Origin: Opitutia bacterium KCR 482
Lineage (GTDB): Bacteria > Verrucomicrobiota > Verrucomicrobiia > Opitutales > Intestinicryptomonadaceae
DNA: 32,000 nt
Reading direction: 5' to 3'
Assembly: GCA_029269845.2 (NCBI GenBank)
Contig: CP149973.1
Location: forward strand, 300,001-332,000
Shown: piece after piece, positions 7,901 to 17,151 of the stretch
Layout of the letters: each line of letters opens with the position of its first letter
Numbering within the stretch: the stretch's first letter is position 1
The notes under the pieces: model-generated
Told to the model about the DNA's origin: nothing
Databases searched by the model: none
The model's input: the letters and a program-made list of their open reading frames with translations, nothing else
Translations under genes and position numbers: made by a program

Positions 7901-7998
7901 AAATCGCTCGGCGGCGGTCTCAATTTGCTTGCATTTTTTACGCGCCCGCGCAAAACTGTTTTCCGATTCGGAAAACATAACGCAAAGGAAAGGAAAAA

Positions 7999-8772
7999 AT
8001 GGAAAAGCATTTGTATCTATCCCTCATTCCCGAAGCCCTCGTGGCGTCGAACCTACCGCCGCAGGAATTCGGCGCGTACTTCGCAACGGGCGTTTTCCGC
8101 AGAAACTGCGACCAAGCCGTTTTCTTCGAAATCGACCCGAACTTCGAGTCCGACTACCTGCCGATTGACAAATTCGACAAGCTCTGCGAACCGCACCCCG
8201 ACGGCTCGCCGCACAAGTCGGTTTACCTTTCGGTCTACCGCGTGCTCGAACACGTCCCGATGTCGGCGTTCAAAAACCTGTATGTTGTGACCTCCGACGG
8301 CAAGACGCTAGAGCTCTCCCCCGCCCCGTTCGTCCCCGATTTGAAGCCGCACCTCTATTTGTACCAGGACCTCGCTCCGTGCAAGCCCAGAGTTGTAAGC
8401 ATTCTCAACCCGGCCGAATACATCGCGCGGCTGACTTCGAAAGACAGGCTCGTGCACGTCGATAAAATCGCCTTTTGCGACTTGAAACTCGGCGCGCTCG
8501 AATCCGACCCCGAAAACGGAGATCTCGGCAACCTGCCCTACATCAACAGCTACCACCTGCGCTACTGCCTCATGCAGGTTCGCAACAAGGGCGGCAAAAA
8601 CAACAAGGTCGTAGCCCGCTCCGCCTCCGACTTTCTATACAGGACAATCAAAAACGGCTTCTATGTAGGAGTAGGCGACGACATGCTCTACTACCCCATG
8701 CCGTCGAAAGAGGAGCTTGAAAACAAGCACTACAACTGGTGGCGCTCGGCGCAGTCGGCATTCGGCTCGTAA
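7999..8772 (+). CDS. hypothetical protein, 257 aa, no recognisable motif
   Basis: ATG preceded by aaaggaaaggaaaaa. The composition looks like that of neighbouring genes. A terminator follows the gene. Confidence 0.7.
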   Translation: MEKHLYLSLIPEALVASNLPPQEFGAYFATGVFRRNCDQAVFFEIDPNFESDYLPIDKFDKLCEPHPDGSPHKSVYLSVYRVLEHVPMSAFKNLYVVTSDGKTLELSPAPFVPDLKPHLYLYQDLAPCKPRVVSILNPAEYIARLTSKDRLVHVDKIAFCDLKLGALESDPENGDLGNLPYINSYHLRYCLMQVRNKGGKNNKVVARSASDFLYRTIKNGFYVGVGDDMLYYPMPSKEELENKHYNWWRSAQSAFGS

Positions 8773-8796
8773 GCCGAATCGCACGCCAGAAAAAGG

Positions 8797-8829
8797 CAAA
8801 AGCCGCGCGGAAACCCGTGCGGCTTTTTG
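8797..8829 (+). terminator. intrinsic terminator between convergent genes (works best on plus strand)
   Basis: gccgcgcgg aaac ccgtgcggc, a 9-bp stem with one G-U on plus, followed by T5. An A-run upstream could give weak bidirectional activity for the DeoR gene. Confidence 0.7.
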
Positions 8830-8845
8830 AATGCAAACGCTGCGT

Positions 8846-9598
8846 CTATTTAACGAAAACGCCCGCGCCTTTGAGCTTCTGGATAAACGACTCGTCCGCG
8901 GAGGAATCCGTCAAGACCTTGTCAATCATGTCGAAATCGGCAAAGAAGCGCGCGCTGCGGACGCCGAACTTGGAGGCGTCGCACATGAGGATTTTCTCGC
9001 GGCAGTATTGAAGCACGTTTTCCTTGAATTCTGCGTGGATTTCCGCAACTTCGCTCGCCCCGCGGTCGAGGTCGAGGCCGTTGCACGAGAAAAACGCCTT
9101 GTCTACCGAAATCTTGCGCACCGTAGACCACGCAATAGCCCCGCCGTAGCTTAGGCTTACGCGGTCGAGCTTGCCGCCAGTGGCGACAACGTTGATTTTG
9201 CTCTTTCCCATTAAGGGAACAACAGTATCGTGCGCGTTCGTGATTACCGTAAGCTCCATATCGGGGAGGATTTCCGCCAGAGCCAAAACCGTCGAGCTTG
9301 CGTCGAGCAAAATAGTGTCGCCCTCCTTGATGAATTCGAGAGCCTTTTTTGCAATCTCCTGCTTTGCGGCGCGATGCTCTTTGAGGCGCTTTTGAAGCGG
9401 GAGGTCAATCGCTCGCTTTTCGATGCGCAACGCGCCGCCGTGCGTACGGATAAGCTTGTTCTCGGAATCGAGAAACTCCAAGTCGCGGCGGATTGTTTCG
9501 TCGGTGACGTCGAACTGCTTTGCCAGTTCGATTGTTCGCAGGCTCGGTTGGGTTTCGAGCATTGAAAGAATTACCCTTTGGCGTTGTCTTGCTAACAT
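8846..9598 (-). CDS. DeoR-family transcriptional regulator
   Basis: N-terminal HTH RQRVILSMLETQPSLRTIELAKQFDVTDETIRRDLEFL, and a C-terminal DeoR sugar-phosphate sensor-like domain (ILLDASSTV, CDASKF). I chose the ATG at 9598 (MLARQRQ), giving 250 aa. Confidence 0.9.
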   Translation of the reverse strand: MLARQRQRVILSMLETQPSLRTIELAKQFDVTDETIRRDLEFLDSENKLIRTHGGALRIEKRAIDLPLQKRLKEHRAAKQEIAKKALEFIKEGDTILLDASSTVLALAEILPDMELTVITNAHDTVVPLMGKSKINVVATGGKLDRVSLSYGGAIAWSTVRKISVDKAFFSCNGLDLDRGASEVAEIHAEFKENVLQYCREKILMCDASKFGVRSARFFADFDMIDKVLTDSSADESFIQKLKGAGVFVK

Positions 9599-9761
9599 AA
9601 TACGGAAACTATTAAAGCGGCTTTTTTCATAGTCAAGAAGATTAATTTTTTGTCCGGCGCGGCGACCGGCGTTTTTTATCGCATAAAAACATTTTTCAAG
9701 AAAAACAATCAACATTCAAAAAAAAGCTTGCGCCTATCGGGAGTTGCATTTTTATAGTGTT

Positions 9762-11582
9762 ATGAACACATGGAATTCTTTTAGGTATCTTTTGGTTTCA
9801 ATGGGTGCATTTCTTGCGGCTGAAAATCTTTTTTCCTCGCCCGTGTTGATCAGGGAAACGCACAACGACGGAAGCGTTTCGGAAAAGCGCGTCGAAAGCC
9901 AGGAGCTCGGCGGCGGGCTGGAGCGAATCACTATAAAAAAGGAATCGCTCGGCGGTGTCGCGTATGTAGATATAATACCCGACTTCGCCCGCGCGGAAAA
10001 AGGCGACGAAGGCTACTGGGTTGACGGCCGCGGCTGGTTCGGCAAGTTCGACCGCGACAACGGGGAGTTCTGTTATGTCAGAAGTTTTATGCCCATTTTC
10101 GGCATGAAGAAAGCCGGCAAGACATTCTGGGCTGTCGTCAAAACATACCGCTTCAACTACGATTTCAGGGTCGATGTAAAGGACGGCAAATACGCGGTTT
10201 ATCCGCGCTTCAGAATCGACAACGTGCGCAAGTTTTTCGACCCTTACGACGACATTGTTGTGGAATACCGCGCGCTCGAAGGCAAAGACGCGAACTATTC
10301 GGGAATGGCGCGCGGATACAGAAACTACCGAATTGCCCGCGGCGAAATCACGCCGATAAAAGAGCGCGTAAAAAAATACCCCGAGCTCGACTACCTATGC
10401 GATTCGATTGTCGTGCGAATCCAGACGCACGGAGCAAAGCCGATACCCGAAACCGACATCACCTACACAAAGGAAACCGAGCAGCCGATTATCGCGCACA
10501 TGCCGTTCGGCGTGTCGGAAGAATTCGTGCAGGCAATCAAAGATTCCGGCGTTGACAAATGCACGATAGTTTCGGCGGGCTGGAACAACGGCGGCTACGA
10601 CGGCAGAACGCCATCGCACTTCCCCGTGGAAATTACGTTTGGGGGTGAAGACGCCTTCCGCAGGCTAATCAAAAAAACGCAGGATTTGGGCTTCCAATTC
10701 ACCCTGCACGCAACGAATACCGACGCGTATCCCGTCTCGCCCATGTGGTCGCCTAGCTACATCTCGAAATGGCGCGACGGCTCGCTCGTCAAGGGAGGCG
10801 TCTGGGCGGGCGGGCAGTGTTTTATGGTCTGCCAGCGCGCCGCGTGGAACGGCTGGACACCGAAAGAACTCGAGCAAATGCGCGACCTCGGCGCAAGGGG
10901 CCCGCACTACATCGACGTGTTCTCGTCGCTCTACCCGACTCCGTGCGCCGACCCGAACCATTTGGCGACGCCCGAAATCACGGCGGAATATCAAAACAAA
11001 ATCCTCGCGCGCTCGAAAGAGCTTTTCGGTTCGGCGGCATCGGAGGCTGGCTTCGACCACGTTGCGGGAAATATCGACTATATCAACTACATCGGCGGAG
11101 CGTTGAAAGTTCTGCGCGAGCACCGCGAGAACAAGCTTATCGACGGGCTTTTTCCGCTTTGGGAAATTGTCTACCACGGAATAGTCATGTACAACTCCGA
11201 CCGCGAAACGCAAAACCACACGAGGGGAAAGTGTCCGTACAAGCTCGACAAGAGCGGCGACCCGCGCTGGATGGAGGGCGACGGCAAGGTAGATCCGTTC
11301 GTTTCGCTGAAAATCGTCGAATTCGGCGGCAAGCCTATTTTCTACACATACAAGTTCGCCGACGTTCCCCGAATCAAAAAGGCTTGGGACGAATTCGTAC
11401 CCGTGCGCCGACTCCAGCGCGAGCTTATGCAGTCTCACGAGGAAATCGCAAAAGACGTGTTCCTTGTGAAATACGAAGACGGAAGCAGAATCGTTGCGAA
11501 CTACCGCAAGACTCCGTTCGAGTTCGAGGGGACGGAAATTCCCCCAATCGGCTACAAACTTTTTGAGCCAAATAAAAAATAG
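9762..11582 (+). CDS. secreted protein of unknown function, possibly a glycoside-hydrolase-like enzyme
   Basis: The ORF-track start at 9744 is a TTG; the ATG at 9762 gives MNTWNSFRYLLVSMGAFLAAENLF, which is signal-peptide-like. The stretch IVSAGWNNGGYDGRTPSHFP looks like barrel-enzyme sequence. The next gene follows after 20 nt. Confidence 0.75.
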   Translation: MNTWNSFRYLLVSMGAFLAAENLFSSPVLIRETHNDGSVSEKRVESQELGGGLERITIKKESLGGVAYVDIIPDFARAEKGDEGYWVDGRGWFGKFDRDNGEFCYVRSFMPIFGMKKAGKTFWAVVKTYRFNYDFRVDVKDGKYAVYPRFRIDNVRKFFDPYDDIVVEYRALEGKDANYSGMARGYRNYRIARGEITPIKERVKKYPELDYLCDSIVVRIQTHGAKPIPETDITYTKETEQPIIAHMPFGVSEEFVQAIKDSGVDKCTIVSAGWNNGGYDGRTPSHFPVEITFGGEDAFRRLIKKTQDLGFQFTLHATNTDAYPVSPMWSPSYISKWRDGSLVKGGVWAGGQCFMVCQRAAWNGWTPKELEQMRDLGARGPHYIDVFSSLYPTPCADPNHLATPEITAEYQNKILARSKELFGSAASEAGFDHVAGNIDYINYIGGALKVLREHRENKLIDGLFPLWEIVYHGIVMYNSDRETQNHTRGKCPYKLDKSGDPRWMEGDGKVDPFVSLKIVEFGGKPIFYTYKFADVPRIKKAWDEFVPVRRLQRELMQSHEEIAKDVFLVKYEDGSRIVANYRKTPFEFEGTEIPPIGYKLFEPNKK

Positions 11583-11602
11583 AAAAAACACACAGCACGC
11601 AT

Positions 11603-12775
11603 ATGAAAAAATATCTAACAACGCTGTTTTCAATGACGGCGGCGCTTGCCGCATATGCCGCATACGACGTCGCCGCCGTCGTATGGCCCGCATACCACCC
11701 CGAACCGCGCTGGCGGGAACTGGGAATCTTCGGACACGGAAACGGAGAATGGCAGAACGTCTACGAAGCCGTACCGAAATTCGAGGGGCACAACCAACCG
11801 CTCGTCCCGCTCTGGGGCTACGAAAAGGAAAACGACCCTATCGCCGTCGCGCGTAAAATCGACGCCGCCCTCGCCGCCGGCGTAAACGTTTTCATGTACG
11901 ACTGGTACTGGTACGGCGGCAGGCCGTTCCTCGAAGGCGCGCTCAACGACGGCTTCCTGAAAGCCCCCAACAACGAACGCATGAAGTTTTTTATAATGTG
12001 GGCAAACCACGATGTCGATTCTCTCTGGAACAACAAAGTTCACGGAATGAAGAAGCTCGAAACAGTCTGGAGCGCCGACGTGTCGCCCGACGAATTCAAG
12101 AGCGTTCTCGTCCCACGATTCATCGAATATTTCAAAAAAGCCAACTACTACAAGATTGACGGCAAGCCCGTCTTTGCAATGTACCTCATGCGAAACCTCA
12201 TCAGGGGCATGGGCGGCGCGGAAAACGCAAAAGAAGCCCTGGACTATTTCCGCGCGGAATGCAAAAAGGCAGGCTTTGCGGGGCTGCACTTGATGTCGCT
12301 GACAGCCGGAAACAGGAATGTTCCGATTGCCGGCAACGCCACTCCCGAGCCCGATGAAGCCGCAAAATACTACGGCTACGACTCGATGTCCACCTACAAC
12401 TGGACAGGCTCTATGAAAGGCGACTACAAAACTTGGCGCGATACCGCAATGCCGAAATGGAATGTGTATAAAAAGGAGGTCGGAACATTCTTCCCGATTG
12501 TTTCGACAGGCTGGGACAACAATCCGCGCTGGCCCAGGGAAAAAACAACCCCGCTGGTAACGGGCAAATCGCCGATAGAATACGAAAAGTCGCTGCGCAT
12601 GGCGAAAGAATGGGCGGACAAAAACATTCCAGCCGGCATGCCTAAACTGATTCTGATAAACGCTTGGAACGAATGGACCGAAGGCGAATATCTCGAGCCC
12701 GACAAAACATACGGCTACGAATTTCTAAACGCCACCGCGCGGGTATTCGGCGGAAGCGGCCAAGCGAAAGAATAG
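11603..12775 (+). CDS. WbsX-family / GH99-like domain protein with signal peptide
   Basis: MKKYLTTLFSMTAALAAYA looks like a signal peptide. VWPAYHPEPRW..GEWQNV..F.GHNQP, then GVNVFMYDWYWYGGRPFLE and IMWANHD, parallels the WbsX pattern (FYLPQFHP..W..GFTEW..GH.QP..YYHYWF.G...LE..CWANE) as I remember it. Confidence 0.8.
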   Translation: MKKYLTTLFSMTAALAAYAAYDVAAVVWPAYHPEPRWRELGIFGHGNGEWQNVYEAVPKFEGHNQPLVPLWGYEKENDPIAVARKIDAALAAGVNVFMYDWYWYGGRPFLEGALNDGFLKAPNNERMKFFIMWANHDVDSLWNNKVHGMKKLETVWSADVSPDEFKSVLVPRFIEYFKKANYYKIDGKPVFAMYLMRNLIRGMGGAENAKEALDYFRAECKKAGFAGLHLMSLTAGNRNVPIAGNATPEPDEAAKYYGYDSMSTYNWTGSMKGDYKTWRDTAMPKWNVYKKEVGTFFPIVSTGWDNNPRWPREKTTPLVTGKSPIEYEKSLRMAKEWADKNIPAGMPKLILINAWNEWTEGEYLEPDKTYGYEFLNATARVFGGSGQAKE

Positions 12776-12792
12776 CCTTTGCCAAAAACTGC

Positions 12793-12827
12793 GGATGCCG
12801 AATGAAAATTCGGCGTCCTTTTTTTTG
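12793..12827 (+). terminator. intrinsic terminator after the glycan-enzyme pair
   Basis: ggatgccgaat gaaa attcggcgtcc, an 11-bp stem with one U-G, followed by T8. Confidence 0.8.
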
Positions 12828-12838
12828 CGCCCATATAA

Positions 12839-14344
<1,506 letters not shown>

Positions 14345-14369
14345 TTTGCTACTCAAGAAAAAACAAACG

Positions 14370-14397
14370 GCGCGCCCGCAAGGGTGCGCTTTTTTTG
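14370..14397 (+). terminator. intrinsic terminator after gdhA
   Basis: gcgcgccc gcaa gggtgcgc, an 8-bp stem with a GNRA-type loop and one G-U, followed by T7. Confidence 0.8.
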
Positions 14398-14454
14398 TAT
14401 AAACCTTCGGCGCGCCATGCCCGCCCCGCATGTAGAACGGCAAAATAAGCGCAA

Positions 14455-14482
14455 AGAAAAACGCAGTGTGCCTGCGCTGCGT
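14455..14482 (-). terminator. possible terminator after the amidase gene (minus strand)
   Basis: Minus-sense acgcag cgcaggcaca ctgcgt followed by TTTTTC. The stem is only 6 bp. Confidence 0.45.
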
Positions 14483-14595
14483 TTCGGGCGCACTGCCGCA
14501 TTCGGGAAAACCGCCGAAGAGCGTGAAAGCGTCTCGGAGGAAAGCCTCAACATGGGTTGGCGCGACGGTGCGCGATAGGATTTTGCGCGGAGAGG

Positions 14596-15219
14596 CTAGC
14601 GGGCTTTTTGCATTTCGGCGGCGACGCGCTTCTTGAAATCCTCCCACCCGTTGCGTTCGAGAATCCTGTGCGGGCAGTATTTCCCCGACCAGTCGCGGTG
14701 CATTCGCAGGGAGTCTACCGTCAGATTGTACTGATTTAGCAGGTGGGCGGCGAGAATCACGGCGTTCGCCTCCGACCTCTCGTAGGCGTCGCCGTCGCGG
14801 CAAAGGCTGCGGCAGATTTCAATGCTTATGCTGTACAGGTTGCCCTCGCCCTTGTCGCCGTCGCCCGCGTGCCACGCGTGCATGTTGAGCGGTATGAGCT
14901 GAACCGCCCAGTTTTCGTCAACGGCGTAGTGGAAAGACACGGAAACGTTGTCGCGCTTGGAGTTTATTCTGTCGCGCTCCTCCTTTGCGGAAATGTAGCC
15001 GGCGGTGTTGTGTATTGTAACCGTCCTGATTTCCCTGAACGGCGCGGGAACGGCGCGGCGGCGGTTGTATTCGTTGTCGTCGAGAAAATCGTGGCTGATT
15101 CGCAACCCGTTGACGACCGACACGTTCGCCGGCGTTTTCGGCGCGGAAATGTCGGTTCCCACGCAGCCGAACTGCGTCAAAATTGCAAAAAGCGCAAAAA
15201 AATTCGCAAAGCGTTTCAT
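14596..15219 (-). CDS. N-acetylmuramoyl-L-alanine amidase (Amidase_2 / PGRP fold), predicted lipoprotein
   Basis: I chose the ATG at 15219: MKRFANFFALFAILTQFGC has a lipobox with Cys. Motifs TIHNTAG, FHYAVDE, AWHAGD, SISIEICR and HRDWSGKYCPH are present. Confidence 0.85.
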   Translation of the reverse strand: MKRFANFFALFAILTQFGCVGTDISAPKTPANVSVVNGLRISHDFLDDNEYNRRRAVPAPFREIRTVTIHNTAGYISAKEERDRINSKRDNVSVSFHYAVDENWAVQLIPLNMHAWHAGDGDKGEGNLYSISIEICRSLCRDGDAYERSEANAVILAAHLLNQYNLTVDSLRMHRDWSGKYCPHRILERNGWEDFKKRVAAEMQKAR

Positions 15220-15401
15220 GTGAGAATTTTTCAAAGAAAACGCCGGAAATGTCAAAATATTTATGCGGTTTTGCTTGCCATTTGCAATTTTCACGGCAGA
15301 GTTTCTCAACGTTGCGCAAAAAAACGCAACGCCGAACATTCCGCCGACGGGGAGGAAGATTTCGGCGCAACACCAAACACTAATATATAAAAAGGAAAAA
15401 T

Positions 15402-16832
15402 ATGTTGAATCGCAGAAGTTTTATCAAAGCTTCGGCGGCGGCGGGCGCAATGATGTTCCTGCCCTCATGCCAAACATCGAAGGTTAAAAACGCAAACGGC
15501 AAGCTCAACGTGGCTTTCGTCGGCGTCGGCGGACGCGGCTACAACGCGCTTGAAAGCCTCGAAAAGCACCCCGACCTCGTGAACATCGTAGCGTTCTGCG
15601 AAGTTCAGGACGAAGTTGCAAAAAAGCCGTGGAGCGGCTACAAGAGCGCGGTTGTCGCATACAAAAAACACCCGAACGTTAAAATTTTCCGCGACTTCCG
15701 CGTTATGCTCGACGAAATGGACGCCGACATCGACGCTGTTGTCGTCGCCACTCCCGACCACATGCACTACCCGATTGCCTCGTGGGCGATTTCCAAGGGC
15801 AAGCACGTCTACTGCGAAAAGCCCCTCACCCGCACGATTTGGGAAGCGAACGAACTCAAACGCCTCGCAAAGAAGGCGGGCGTCATTACCCAAATGGGCA
15901 ATCAGGGACACACCAACGAGGGCTGGCGCGCAATCCGCGAATGGTACAACGCGGGGCTTCTGGGCGACATCAAAGACATCTACATGTGGACAAACAGACC
16001 CATTTGGCCGCAGGGCGGCTTGAAAATGCCCAAGGGCGAAAAAGTGCCGTCGAATGTGGACTACAAGCTTTGGCTCGGCGTCGCGCCATACCAGCCTTAC
16101 AGCCCCGAAGTTCTGCCCTTCAACTGGCGCGGACTCCGCAACTACGGCACGGGCGCCGCGGGCGACATGGCATGCCACTTCTTCGACGTTCCCTACTCGG
16201 CGTTCGAACTCGGCACTCCCGAAACGGTACAGGGCTGGTCGACGCCTTTTGACGACTACAACTGGCCCGCGGCTTCGAAAGTCGAAATGGTCTTCAAAAA
16301 CAAGTGCGGACTCGGCGGCAAAATCAACCTCCACTGGTGCGACGCAGGCGCGCGCCCGAAGGAAATCGAAAGAGTAGAACCCAGCTTCCTCGTTCCCGAC
16401 CCGAAGAATCCGTGGCACAACGGCAACTGCACGTTCATCGTCGGCACAAAGGAAACGGTGCTCACAAACGAATACGGTCTCAACTCGATGATTTACCCGC
16501 GCGAAAGAATGCGCGAGCTTGCGAAGTCGAAAGCGCTTCCCGCAAAGAGAATCACGCGTTCGATTACCCCCGGCAACCCGCACCTCGAATGGGCGAAAAA
16601 CTGCATCGCGGGAACTCTGCCGCCCGCGAACTTCGACTACGCCGCGCCGTTCACGGAAATGTGCCTGCTTAGCATGATTTCGCTCAGCTTCCCCGAACAG
16701 AAGCTCCGCTACAATCCCGCAAAGATGGCGTTCGACAACTGCAAAGAGGCGGACGCGCAAATCAAGAGTCTGTACGCATACAACAAAGAGTTCATTGCCG
16801 ACAGCTCTTTCTTCTCGAAAATCTTCGGATAA
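15402..16832 (+). CDS. Gfo/Idh/MocA-family oxidoreductase with twin-arginine signal
   Basis: MLNRRSFIKASAAAGAMMF is a TAT motif. Rossmann VAFVGVGGRG, then ATPDHMH and EKPLT, which are typical of the family. Confidence 0.9.
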   Translation: MLNRRSFIKASAAAGAMMFLPSCQTSKVKNANGKLNVAFVGVGGRGYNALESLEKHPDLVNIVAFCEVQDEVAKKPWSGYKSAVVAYKKHPNVKIFRDFRVMLDEMDADIDAVVVATPDHMHYPIASWAISKGKHVYCEKPLTRTIWEANELKRLAKKAGVITQMGNQGHTNEGWRAIREWYNAGLLGDIKDIYMWTNRPIWPQGGLKMPKGEKVPSNVDYKLWLGVAPYQPYSPEVLPFNWRGLRNYGTGAAGDMACHFFDVPYSAFELGTPETVQGWSTPFDDYNWPAASKVEMVFKNKCGLGGKINLHWCDAGARPKEIERVEPSFLVPDPKNPWHNGNCTFIVGTKETVLTNEYGLNSMIYPRERMRELAKSKALPAKRITRSITPGNPHLEWAKNCIAGTLPPANFDYAAPFTEMCLLSMISLSFPEQKLRYNPAKMAFDNCKEADAQIKSLYAYNKEFIADSSFFSKIFG

Positions 16833-16893
16833 TCGGGGCTTCCGCCGACGCGCAAACGGCGGCGGAATTTCGAAAGGCAAAATTTGCAAAAAC

Positions 16894-16925
16894 AATCGCG
16901 AGTCGAAAGACCCGCGATTTTTTTG
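16894..16925 (+). terminator. intrinsic terminator after the oxidoreductase gene
   Basis: aatcgcg (12-nt loop) cgcgatt, a 7-bp stem, followed by T7. Confidence 0.6.
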
Positions 16926-16971
16926 CGCCCCGCCCTCCGCACCGCAAAAGGTCGGGCAGAATTTAACAAAT

Positions 16972-17052
16972 CGGCGCGAGGCATTCAATCAAGTCGATTC
17001 CCGCAATGCTTCTGCACGAACCCTTCGCGAAGCCCTCGTCTACTTCGCCGAA
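16972..17052 (-). pseudogene. decayed copy of an internal recJ segment (DHHA1 region)
   Basis: 74 of 81 nt are identical to 26228-26308 inside recJ, with a 26-nt perfect core caagtcgattcccgcaatgcttctgc. Weaker, gapped similarity continues on both flanks. Minus-sense it reads FGEVDEGFAKGSCRSIAGIDLIECLAP, versus FGEVDEGFTKGSGRSIAGIDLVECLAP in recJ. Confidence 0.65.
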
Positions 17053-17151
17053 CCGCCCGCACAGCGCGCCGCCGAAATTGCCCAAACCGCCAGTGCGGGA
17101 TTTTCGGCACACAAAGCCGCGCCGCGTCCGCAAGAAAAAAAGAATCCGACG

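Noticed and set aside
15465-16988. 507-aa minus-strand ORF opposite the Gfo/Idh/MocA gene
   Set aside because: Antisense shadow with no motifs and biased Arg/Val/Ala composition. The plus-strand gene has a TAT signal and a Rossmann motif.
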